64,000 nt of DNA from Candidatus Bipolaricaulota bacterium (GTDB lineage Bacteria; Bipolaricaulota; Bipolaricaulia; UBA7950; UBA9294). The notes beneath the pieces are model-generated. The model made no database searches. It saw only the letters and a program-made list of their open reading frames with translations, and was not told where the DNA came from. Position numbers and translations under genes: made by a program. The stretch covers positions 115,794-179,793 of the forward strand of contig JBFMGK010000003.1 in the NCBI GenBank assembly GCA_040752575.1, written 5' to 3'. Positions 43,032 to 51,691 of the stretch are shown here, piece by piece. Each line of letters opens with the position of its first letter. Position 1 is the stretch's first letter.

Positions 43032-45395
43032 ATGAAGAGCGGGTTTCCTCTAGCCAAGCGGATCTGGGCCGCTGCCTTGTCCTCCGTCCTCGTGGGGGCG
43101 GCGTTCCTCGCGTCGTGGGCGCTCACGCGAGATCGTCTACCGATGGGCACGATTCTGGTCCCGCGAGACGCCGAAACCGTGGCTGCAGCCCTGGAACGCG
43201 TCGAGACCGGAGGCACCATCGCGCTGGACGCCGCGCACGGGCCGTTCTCGGGCCCGTTGACCCTTGACGTCGAAGGGGTTCGTCTGATTTCACACAACGG
43301 ACGGGCACTCGTCGAGGGTGCCGGAGGCCCGGGGATCCTCCTGTTGGCTCATGGCACCTCCGTCGACGGCGTGTCGGTGCGCACCGCCTCTGTGGGAGTC
43401 ACCGTTACCGGCTCGAACTGCGTGGTACGAGACGTCGACGTGCAGAGGTGCGTCCAGGGAATCGATCTCACGGGAGGCCACGACAACCGCGTTGTCGGCG
43501 TTCGAGTTGTCGGCGGTCGCCTCGGCCTCGCCGTGACATCGGCTCGCCACGAGCTGAGGGACCTCTTCCTGTCAGACCTTGACGAGGCTGGCGTCCACGT
43601 GGTCGACGCGTCGGAGATCTCCATCGAAAACGCGAACGTCGTCGAGTGCCGCGTCGGCCTGTCCATCGAGCGTTCGACGGATGTGCGGATCGAGAGGTCC
43701 CGAATCCTCGAAGGCGATGTGGGGGTGGAGATTGTCGCGAGCGAAAGAGCGGACGCCCGCTCGGTCTCTGTGGCGGGCGTCAGGACAGGCATGCTGTTTC
43801 GAGACGTTGAGATGGCAACGGTCGAGGACTGCTCCTTCCGTGACGTAAGCGGCGTCGGCGTGTCCATGGTCGACTCCCCGCGCGTCCGCGTCGCGCGATC
43901 CTCGTTCCAGGGTTGCGATGTCGGCGTCGAGGCGTCGGGTGCTGAGGACCACACGATTTGCGACAACACGTTTGCGGATTGCGTCGCTTCCGGCGTGCTC
44001 GTTCGCTCCTCAGCCGGCGACGTCGTCGCTCGCAATGACGTGCGCGGCGGAAGGCTCTGCATCTGGCTCGATCGTGCCGTCGGGCCTTGGGTTCTCAGAA
44101 ACACGGCGGCGCAGGCAGGTGCTGTCGGGCTGCTTCTGGAAGGCGTCGAGAAGGCGCTCGTCTTGGACAACCAGGTCGTCTCGGCTCCCAGTGGATTGGC
44201 GTTGGTCGCTTCGCACTCGATCGTCGTCCGCCGGAACGAGGTTCGCGATGCCGCGTCGGAGGGGTATGCCTTCTGGAACGGGTCTCTCGGAAACACGGTT
44301 GCGTCCAACCGCGTTCTCGATAGCCACGTCGGAATCCTTCTCGCCGGCTCGGAGCGGGAGATGCTGTTCGACAACAGCGTCGCGGGTTGCGACGTTGCCG
44401 TGGCCCTGCACCGCATCGGACAAGGGGTCCACGTGGAGAACCATCACATCGAGGCGTGCGGCGCGGGCATCGTATGGGACGATGAAGGTGAGATAGACTC
44501 GCCGCTCGTGGACCAGGGTTTCCGCGTCGAGCGCGAGGCATCCTCTTCGTCTCCCCTCGTGGTCGGCAACCTGTTCCTGAGAGTGCGGGCTCTGGAAGTC
44601 GAGAATCGGACGCCGATCGCGTTGTTGGCGACCGAGAACCAGAGCTTGCCCGGCGAGCTTCGTGTCGCCGGACACGTGATCCTCCCCACAGACTCGGGCG
44701 AGACGATGGCGATCGCCGCGGGATCCTCGACTACCGAGACTCTTCTTGGGCGCCTTCTTCAGATTGCCCTCGCCGAGAGGGGAGTCCGGGTCGTGGATCT
44801 CATCGGCCTTCCCGACGGAGAGGCGGCGAGAGCCGTGCAGCGGGGAGACGCGGACGCAGCTTGGCTCGTCGGCAGCGGAACTGCCTGTAACGCGTTCTGG
44901 CCGATCTCGGTACGCCGTGCGTGGTCGCTCGTGGTCGCGGCGCCCGTAGGCGCTGCGGGTTCCGTCATTCTTGCCGCTCCCCACGGGGCCCCCGTGGCTT
45001 CCGCGGCCGCGGCTCTTCTGGCGGAAGGCATCGTCGTCAGCTCCGTGCGCGATGTCTCGACAAGTGACGAAGCGGAGTCCCTCTTGAAGTTCGGCGATGT
45101 CGACGCCGCGCTCCTCGATCGCATCGAGGAGACCCTAACCCTGGTGGGCTACGCAGAAGTACCCATGGAACAGGGGGCACTGCCTGCGATAGGACTGTGT
45201 GTGGGTCCGTCGGCCGCGGATCCGGTGGGACTCCGCGCGACGTTCGATCGCCTGCTGCCGGTTCTTCACGACGATACCCTGCGGCAACTTGCGGGTCGCG
45301 TGCGTCTCCTGCGGCGGGAGCCGCTGGATGTCGCGATGGATTTTCTCATCAAGGCGGGGCTCGTCGGCGACCTCGCCAGAGGAGGCGAGTCATGA
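43032..45395 (+). CDS. Right-handed beta-helix (NosD-like) protein fused to an OpuAC-like substrate-binding domain
   Basis: TILVPRDAETVAAAL followed by parallel beta-helix repeats. C-terminal TTETLLGRLLQIALAERG...DVAMDFLIKAGL. Confidence 0.7.
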   Translation: MKSGFPLAKRIWAAALSSVLVGAAFLASWALTRDRLPMGTILVPRDAETVAAALERVETGGTIALDAAHGPFSGPLTLDVEGVRLISHNGRALVEGAGGPGILLLAHGTSVDGVSVRTASVGVTVTGSNCVVRDVDVQRCVQGIDLTGGHDNRVVGVRVVGGRLGLAVTSARHELRDLFLSDLDEAGVHVVDASEISIENANVVECRVGLSIERSTDVRIERSRILEGDVGVEIVASERADARSVSVAGVRTGMLFRDVEMATVEDCSFRDVSGVGVSMVDSPRVRVARSSFQGCDVGVEASGAEDHTICDNTFADCVASGVLVRSSAGDVVARNDVRGGRLCIWLDRAVGPWVLRNTAAQAGAVGLLLEGVEKALVLDNQVVSAPSGLALVASHSIVVRRNEVRDAASEGYAFWNGSLGNTVASNRVLDSHVGILLAGSEREMLFDNSVAGCDVAVALHRIGQGVHVENHHIEACGAGIVWDDEGEIDSPLVDQGFRVEREASSSSPLVVGNLFLRVRALEVENRTPIALLATENQSLPGELRVAGHVILPTDSGETMAIAAGSSTTETLLGRLLQIALAERGVRVVDLIGLPDGEAARAVQRGDADAAWLVGSGTACNAFWPISVRRAWSLVVAAPVGAAGSVILAAPHGAPVASAAAALLAEGIVVSSVRDVSTSDEAESLLKFGDVDAALLDRIEETLTLVGYAEVPMEQGALPAIGLCVGPSAADPVGLRATFDRLLPVLHDDTLRQLAGRVRLLRREPLDVAMDFLIKAGLVGDLARGGES

Positions 45396-46711
45396 CGACC
45401 GAGCATCGGGGCGACGGGAGAAGGACTGCCGCAAAGTGCCCGGGCGAGCCGCATGCCGTGGGGCCGGTCGCCCATCTGCGGTCGCGGGTCAGGTACGGAA
45501 TCTCGCTGCGGGGCAAACTCGTCGTACCGACGTTGGGTTTGGGCCTTCTCGTTGTCGCGGCGCTGTTCGCGTTTGCTTACCTTGCACTGATCTCGTCCGT
45601 CGAGTCGATCTACGAGGCGCGCGCGCGCAGCGTCGCCGCCGTTGTCTCGAAGTCCATCCAGGACAAAGACTACGTGCTCTACTACTCGGAGAAGCTGAAC
45701 GAGGACATCCAACGGCTGCTCGAGCAGTACGACTCGATCGTCGGGATTGCTGTGATCGGCGCCAGCGCGCGTGGATTCGTCACGGTGGCGAGCACAGATC
45801 CGACACAGGTGGGGATTCCGGCCAGCAACCTGCAGACCGAGCGCCTCGAGTCCCTCCGCGAGGGAGAAGTGAGCCGGACCCGCATAGGCGCGACGCCCGT
45901 GTTGCAGGCGGTGCATCCGATCGAGTCCAACGGCCAACGCGTGGGGGCTGTCGTTGTCGACATGTCGTTGGACGAGCAATCGACCCTTGTGCGCCGTCTC
46001 TCCTGGCAGTTTGCCGCAGCCGCGGTGGGGGGCTTCGCGCTCCTGGGCGGCCTCCTCTATCTGATCTTGACCTGGGCGGTGACGCGTCCGGTTCGACGCC
46101 TCGCCGATGCGGCGAATGCCGTGGCCGGGCGAACGTACGACGTTGATCTCGCTCCGCAGACCGCGCGCCTTCCCGGGACGCCCCTCCGGGATGAGGTCGG
46201 CCAACTCGTGGACAACTTCCACCTGATGGCCAAGGTGATGCATGCGCACGAAGGCGAGCTGCGTCGGCTCGTTCTCCTCGACGAGGTCACCGGCGCCTAC
46301 AATGCAGAGCACTTCCGGTCGCAGCTTCCGGTCGAGCTATCCAAGGGATCCCGGTACGGCCATCCGACGTCGCTGCTTGTCATCGATCTCGAGGGGGTCG
46401 AGCGTCTCTCCGAGGCCGAGCGCCGGAAAGTGCGCATCGCGACGGCCGCCTACCTGGTCAAGTCGCTGCGCAAAGTCGACTCGCTGTTCGCTCTCTCTGA
46501 CGACCGTTTCGTCGCCCTGCTCCCCGAGACGCCGCCTGCCGGCGCCGCCGTGGCGGCCGCGCGGCTTCTCGCGTACTCCTCGGACGTCGCGGCATCGACG
46601 GAGTATTCCGTCGCATGGACCGCTTCTCCGATGGGCTGGGAGGCCGGCGCGGGGCCGGTCGCCGAGGATCTCGTCGCCCGCCTCTTGCGTAAGGAAGCGC
46701 GCTCTGAATGA
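45392..46711 (+). CDS. Membrane sensor with HAMP and degenerate GGDEF domain
   Basis: Two TM helices, a HAMP (PVRRLA...DEVGQL...F..M) and LDEVTGAYN..F. The GGDEF position reads LSDDRF. Confidence 0.8.
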   Translation: MTTEHRGDGRRTAAKCPGEPHAVGPVAHLRSRVRYGISLRGKLVVPTLGLGLLVVAALFAFAYLALISSVESIYEARARSVAAVVSKSIQDKDYVLYYSEKLNEDIQRLLEQYDSIVGIAVIGASARGFVTVASTDPTQVGIPASNLQTERLESLREGEVSRTRIGATPVLQAVHPIESNGQRVGAVVVDMSLDEQSTLVRRLSWQFAAAAVGGFALLGGLLYLILTWAVTRPVRRLADAANAVAGRTYDVDLAPQTARLPGTPLRDEVGQLVDNFHLMAKVMHAHEGELRRLVLLDEVTGAYNAEHFRSQLPVELSKGSRYGHPTSLLVIDLEGVERLSEAERRKVRIATAAYLVKSLRKVDSLFALSDDRFVALLPETPPAGAAVAAARLLAYSSDVAASTEYSVAWTASPMGWEAGAGPVAEDLVARLLRKEARSE

Positions 46712-48078
46712 CCGTTCGGCCCTGGAGAGGCTGGTTGGCGATTGCCCTGGCCGTCTCCAGCGTTGGGTTGCTCGGGGGCCTGAGTCGTGCGGCGGCGATC
46801 ACCGGTCTTACGGTCACAGACCTGACCCCGCTCACGATCGCGTTCGACCTCGAGCATGAGGGGAGCGCACCGCTTCCTGCGGCACGTGGCGTGGCAACGC
46901 TGAGCGAGCTGGAGGCGGGCGACATCGAGCAGTTCGCTGTGGAGTCGCTGCCGGTCCCGGCGGGAGGGCGTGTGCACGTCGAGGCGGCGAGCCGCTGGGA
47001 GTTCCAGCTTGCGGGCATCTACGTCGTCGATGTCGCCCTGGACTTGGGCCCGAACGGCCTCGTTTCGGCATCGTTGCGCCTGCGAATCGCTCCCGTCCGC
47101 TTGCCTCTCGGGCCTCGCCCGGAAGCTGCGGCAGACCTCACGCTGGTTCAGGAGCCCGTGAACTGGGGACTCACCCGCGTCCATGCGCAGGAAGTCTGGG
47201 CGATCAGCCACGGTTCCTCGAATGTTGTCGTCGCGGTGATCGACTCCGGGATTGACCGATCGATCCCGCAGCTCGCCGAGGCGATGTGGCTCAACGAGGA
47301 CGAAGTCCCCGCGAATGGCGTCGACGACGATCGGAACGGCTACGTCGACGACGTCCATGGGTGGGACTTCCGCGACGGCGATGCATCGTCCCTTCAGGGA
47401 ACCCCTCTTCATGGTCACGGCACGGTGGTCGCGTCGATCCTTGCCGCTCGCCCCGGACGGTATCCCGTCGTCGGGGTCGCCCCCGGAGTACGTCTGATGG
47501 ACGTCCGCTTTCTCGACTCGTCGAACGCGTTTCGGTCGGCAGACTGGAAGACCTTCGAACGCGCCATCGGCTATGCCGTCGACAACGGCGCCGATCTCAT
47601 CAACCTGAGCATCTACGCAAACGGCCGCCCGCCGGCTTCCTTCGAGAAGGCGCTGCAAGACGCGCAGGCCCGAGGCGTCGTGATCGTTGGCATCACCGGC
47701 AACCAAGGTCAGGCCGAGGTGATGTATCCCGGACGGTTCTCCTCGGTTCTTGCGGTCTCAGCGTTGGGTCAGAATGGGCAGATCGCTGGTTTCAGCAACC
47801 GAGGCGCGGACGTCGCGATCTGCGCTCCGGGAGACATGATCTCTGCGTTCACCGCGGGAGGGCGCGTCGTCACGCTGTCGGGAACATCCTATGCCGCCCC
47901 GCATGTGACAGGCGTGCTCGCCCTCATGCTGTCGGCTGTGCCCAATCTGTCGCCGGCGCGCGCGGTGGAGATCCTCCTTGAGACGGCGTCAGATCTGGGC
48001 CCGCGAGGCCGGGATGACGCCTATGGGGATGGTCTTGTCGATGCTGCGGCTGCAGTCTCGGCAGGTCTGGGACGGTAG
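46708..48078 (+). CDS. Secreted S8 (subtilisin-like) serine peptidase
   Basis: VAVIDSG, HGHGT and SGTSYAAPHV catalytic triad; NGVDDDRNGYVDD Ca-binding loop. Confidence 0.95.
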   Translation: MTVRPWRGWLAIALAVSSVGLLGGLSRAAAITGLTVTDLTPLTIAFDLEHEGSAPLPAARGVATLSELEAGDIEQFAVESLPVPAGGRVHVEAASRWEFQLAGIYVVDVALDLGPNGLVSASLRLRIAPVRLPLGPRPEAAADLTLVQEPVNWGLTRVHAQEVWAISHGSSNVVVAVIDSGIDRSIPQLAEAMWLNEDEVPANGVDDDRNGYVDDVHGWDFRDGDASSLQGTPLHGHGTVVASILAARPGRYPVVGVAPGVRLMDVRFLDSSNAFRSADWKTFERAIGYAVDNGADLINLSIYANGRPPASFEKALQDAQARGVVIVGITGNQGQAEVMYPGRFSSVLAVSALGQNGQIAGFSNRGADVAICAPGDMISAFTAGGRVVTLSGTSYAAPHVTGVLALMLSAVPNLSPARAVEILLETASDLGPRGRDDAYGDGLVDAAAAVSAGLGR

Positions 48079-48133
48079 GCGTGGCGGTTCTTGCCTTGCG
48101 AACGTCGTTCGCCCATACTGCCAAGGGGGGGCT

Positions 48134-48724
48134 ATGGGACAGCTCGTTGTCTTGGTGGGTCTTCCGGGCTCGGGGAAAACCGCGTTTGTGCGCGATTGCC
48201 CGGGCTGGGTGATTGTGTCTCGAACTGCCATCCGCCATGCGATGTTCCGCTGCTCCTACGATCCCGACTGCGAGCCTACGGTCGATAGGGTCTTCTCGGC
48301 CGCCTTGGTCGAAGCCCTCGACTCCCCGGCGGACGTCGTCTGCGTCGACGAACCGAATCTGACGCGAGCAGAACGGCTCACGCTGATCGACCTGGCGAGG
48401 GTCTTTCAGCGCGAGCCCATAGCGCACGTGATGCCCTCCGCTTCGCCCGACGCGCTATTCGATCGGCTGCAGAGGAATCTTCGCCGTCTAGCGCTCGAGC
48501 AGTCCCACCTCAAGGTGCGTCCCTTCTCGCGACGATCGTTCGACCTGTTGGTCGAACGGCTCGAACCTGTCGGTTCTGAAGAGGGCTTCTCTCGCGTCGT
48601 CCTCACGACGTCGACGCAGAGAGACCCGCGCGAGGTCTCGCCCAGGCAAGGGAGGGATCGCGGGACGAGAGACGCTCTTCCTCTGTTCGCTCCGCTGGCG
48701 ACGAGCGACCCGCGCTCGGGCTAG
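48134..48724 (+). CDS. P-loop kinase (AAA_33-like) ATP-binding protein
   Basis: LVGLPGSGKT, VDEPNLT..ER and EEGF motifs. Confidence 0.8.
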   Translation: MGQLVVLVGLPGSGKTAFVRDCPGWVIVSRTAIRHAMFRCSYDPDCEPTVDRVFSAALVEALDSPADVVCVDEPNLTRAERLTLIDLARVFQREPIAHVMPSASPDALFDRLQRNLRRLALEQSHLKVRPFSRRSFDLLVERLEPVGSEEGFSRVVLTTSTQRDPREVSPRQGRDRGTRDALPLFAPLATSDPRSG

Positions 48725-48960
48725 CCTAGCCCGAGAAGGCTGTCGATGCGGACTCTGTCAAAACCCACCACGACTTCGCCGTCCACGTCGACCACGGGAA
48801 CTCCGTACTGCCCGCTCTTCTCCACCATCTCTCGCGCCTTCTGCATGTCGGCCGACACGTCGACCTCCGAGAACGCGACACCGCGGGATCGCAGATGATC
48901 CTTCACGGCGTGGCACCAAGAACAGGTGGGCGTTGTGTAGATCGTCACGCTGTGGTCCAT
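48721..48960 (-). CDS. Glutaredoxin-like protein (NrdH/YruB family)
   Basis: VTIYTTPTCSWC, SGQYGVPV and VGFD motifs. Confidence 0.92.
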   Translation of the reverse strand: MDHSVTIYTTPTCSWCHAVKDHLRSRGVAFSEVDVSADMQKAREMVEKSGQYGVPVVDVDGEVVVGFDRVRIDSLLGLG

Positions 48961-49238
48961 GATTCCTCTCCCTTCATGCATGCTGCCATGAGGTGCGCGA
49001 TCCTCGCGTCGACCTGATAGCAGTTTCGCGTACCGTGTTTCGTCTTGTGCAGGATTCCCGCGTGTTCGAGCTTCCCGAGATGATAGGACATCGCCGGCTG
49101 GCTCAACCCCACAGTTTCCTGTAGCTCCCCGCATCCCACGGGCCTCCGCATCAGTTGCTCGACAATCAGAAGCCGAGCGGGGCTCGCGAGGCATGAGAAA
49201 ACCTCGGCCCACTCGTCCTGTGCGGTTCGCTGGGACAA
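48945..49238 (-). CDS. ArsR/SmtB family transcriptional regulator
   Basis: FSCLASPARLLI, GLSQPAMSYHL..LEHAG. TTG start chosen after GGGAGG because the upstream ATG overlaps the -10 box. Confidence 0.88.
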   Translation of the reverse strand: MSQRTAQDEWAEVFSCLASPARLLIVEQLMRRPVGCGELQETVGLSQPAMSYHLGKLEHAGILHKTKHGTRNCYQVDARIAHLMAACMKGEESWTTA

Positions 49239-49272
49239 GCCTCCCCTTTGCTTCTTGCGGTTCACGGGTAGC

Positions 49273-49322
49273 ATCGTAAGCGGCGAGCGTCCTCTTGTCA
49301 AGTATTTGGATAATTCGATATA
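49273..49322. promoter_or_regulatory. Divergent promoter region with candidate ArsR operator
   Basis: Minus-strand TTGACA-17-TACGAT (49301..49273) next to the AT-rich imperfect palindrome TATTTGGATAATTCGATATA. Confidence 0.5.
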
Positions 49323-49334
49323 GAAAGGGGTCCG

Positions 49335-49745
49335 ATGATCACCGTGAACTATGGCGGGGGCATGAAGTTCGTCGGCCGCGGGGCAAGCGGCCACGACGTC
49401 GTGATGGATGCCAGCGAGGCGAACGGCGGCGGCGACAGCGCGGCGCGACCGGTTGAGGTTCTCCTCTGTGCGCTGGGCGGCTGCACCGGGATGGACGTCG
49501 TCTCCATCCTCCGCAAGATGAAGACCGAGCCGAAGAGCTTGCGAATCGAGATCTCCGACGAGCGTGCGCCGGAGTATCCGAAGGTCCTCCGACGCATCCA
49601 TCTGAGCTACGTCCTCGGCGGAGACGTTCCCCGCGTGAACGTCGACAAAGCCATTGATCTCTCGCTGTCGAAGTACTGCCCGATCGCCAATACGCTGGCA
49701 GGAGTCTCCGAGATCACGCACGACGTGCGATTCGAGAAGGGCTAG
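49335..49745 (+). CDS. OsmC family protein (YhfA-like)
   Basis: RPVEVLLCALGGCTGMDVVSILRKM and LSLSKYCPI motifs. Confidence 0.92.
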   Translation: MITVNYGGGMKFVGRGASGHDVVMDASEANGGGDSAARPVEVLLCALGGCTGMDVVSILRKMKTEPKSLRIEISDERAPEYPKVLRRIHLSYVLGGDVPRVNVDKAIDLSLSKYCPIANTLAGVSEITHDVRFEKG

Positions 49746-50815
49746 AGGTCTCGCGCCTTCTCGAGAATGCGCTCCACATCGATGTTGGACTGGACGTGAT
49801 CGACCGCGTAGTCCAGCGACGGGCCGGGATGCAGCCAGAAGCGGTCGAGCATGCTCGAGCAGGCTGCCGCGGTGGCTAGCGTATTCTGTCCGGCGAGGAT
49901 CACCGGCACATCACGTGCCTCGGCCTGGTCCACGACCGAGCGGGGCGGGCGCTGAGCTCCCGTCAGGATGAGACCGCGAAGCTCGTCGACCTCGAGAGCG
50001 GCCGTTTGCAGATCGGTGCGATCGGCTCCCGTGATGGCCGCGAACTCCGGGGTTCTGCGGAAGCTCCGCAACGACGCCTCGATCCCCATGGCGCCGACGA
50101 CGAAGTGCCTGACCTCGCGCGAAAGGTCTGGTCGCGTCAGCACACGGCCGCCCAACCGCCGGGCGATCTCATCGGTCCGCACGCAGCGCAGATTGGGATC
50201 ACTCGGAATGATCCCCAGCACCTCGGCGCCCCGATCCGCCAAGAACGACGTAAGGACCTCCTCGACGAGGGCGTACGACCGATCCAGCGGGACGTCCTTC
50301 AAGATCACCCCGAGAACGGGAGGTCCGCCCTCCAAAAGGCGAAGGGCGACGAGGATTCTGTCGATCGCAGCCTCTCCGTCGAATCGTGACAAGAGGAGCA
50401 CGTCGGATTCCAGAAGCTCGGCGATGTCCAGATCGCTAAGCCCGGCGCTGATCCCGGTTCCGAGCGCGCTGCGGCCTTCGATGAGCGCTGCGCCTCGGCC
50501 GACCGCGATGTTCTCGAATGACTCGACGATTCGCTGTCGAAACCCGCGGTCTCCTGCCTCGATGGCCTCGCGAAGCGACGGTCCTTCAAGGGGGATTGGG
50601 GCGACGTCGTGCAGATCGTCCTCGAGTTCGAGGAAAGACCGCACGGCTGCTGCATCTCGATCGACCGGCTCGCCCGTCGCGTAGGACACCTCTTCGCTGA
50701 TGGGCTTCACGTACGCCACCGAAAGGCCGCGGGATCTGAGCGCGCGGCCCAGCGCCAGGCAGAGAAGGGTCTTCCCTGAGTGACTCTCGGTGGAGACGAC
50801 GAGCAATCGTTTCAT
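49742..50815 (-). CDS. Phosphotransacetylase-family protein (BioD-like N domain + DRTGG domain, no PTA catalytic domain)
   Basis: STESHSGKT..LAL...YVKPI, VVGAM and ITGADRTDL motifs. Confidence 0.85.
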   Translation of the reverse strand: MKRLLVVSTESHSGKTLLCLALGRALRSRGLSVAYVKPISEEVSYATGEPVDRDAAAVRSFLELEDDLHDVAPIPLEGPSLREAIEAGDRGFRQRIVESFENIAVGRGAALIEGRSALGTGISAGLSDLDIAELLESDVLLLSRFDGEAAIDRILVALRLLEGGPPVLGVILKDVPLDRSYALVEEVLTSFLADRGAEVLGIIPSDPNLRCVRTDEIARRLGGRVLTRPDLSREVRHFVVGAMGIEASLRSFRRTPEFAAITGADRTDLQTAALEVDELRGLILTGAQRPPRSVVDQAEARDVPVILAGQNTLATAAACSSMLDRFWLHPGPSLDYAVDHVQSNIDVERILEKARDL

Positions 50816-51006
50816 GGCAGCCCGGGATCGAACCCGTGAGAGTCTATCGTACGACGGCGCTGGAGCGGGCGCAATCGATTCCCTTCACAGGATTCTCACG
50901 CGCGGAGCCAAGAGCCTCCACATCGCGCGGCCAAGCTCTGATGTTGTTCGGGACGGCCGGGCGTTCTTTCGGCCGGCTGCGTGGGAGGGCTATAATGGAT
51001 CTCGGC

Positions 51007-51690
51007 ATGAAGAGGATCCTCATCGTAGATGACGAAGAGATGATCGTCCGGACGGTGAAGGCATACCTTGATCGCGAGGGCTTCAAGACGTACACGGCGT
51101 ACGATGGAGCCACAGCCCTCCAGTCGTTCGACGAAAAGGGGCCTGACCTGATCATCCTCGATCTCATGCTTCCGAAAATGAGCGGACTCGAAGTGACACG
51201 AGCCATCCGAGCGAAGTCGGCGGTGCCGATCATCATGCTGACGGCCAAGGCTGGAGAAGCCGATCGCGTCGTCGGGCTCGAGTTGGGAGCGGACGACTAT
51301 GTGGTCAAGCCGTTCAGCCCGCGCGAATTGGTTGCTCGCGTTCGCGCGGTCCTCCGGCGGTTCGAGGGCGAGGGCCTGGAGTCGGAGCGGATCATCGCAG
51401 GGGACCTTGAGATCGACCTCAAGACGCGGGAGCTTCGCGTGAAGGGCACGCCCGTCGACCTGACGCCGACTGAGTTCGACCTCTTGACCTACCTTGCGCG
51501 GCATCCCGGTCAAGTGTTCACGCGACTTCAGCTTCTGCGCGAGGTTCAGGGGTACACGTACGACTCGTTCGCGCGCACGATCGATACCCACGTGAAGAAC
51601 CTGCGCCGCAAGACGGAGGACGATCCCAAGGCGCCCCGGTACGTCCAGACCGTTCACGGTGTGGGGTATCGGTTCGCTCGCCAGAACTAG
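51007..51690 (+). CDS. OmpR-family response regulator
   Basis: ILIVDDE, DLIILDLMLP, GLELGADDYVVKPF, wHTH RTIDTHVKNLRRK..TVHGVGY. Alternative start at 50995. Confidence 0.96.
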   Translation: MKRILIVDDEEMIVRTVKAYLDREGFKTYTAYDGATALQSFDEKGPDLIILDLMLPKMSGLEVTRAIRAKSAVPIIMLTAKAGEADRVVGLELGADDYVVKPFSPRELVARVRAVLRRFEGEGLESERIIAGDLEIDLKTRELRVKGTPVDLTPTEFDLLTYLARHPGQVFTRLQLLREVQGYTYDSFARTIDTHVKNLRRKTEDDPKAPRYVQTVHGVGYRFARQN

Positions 51691-51691
51691 C

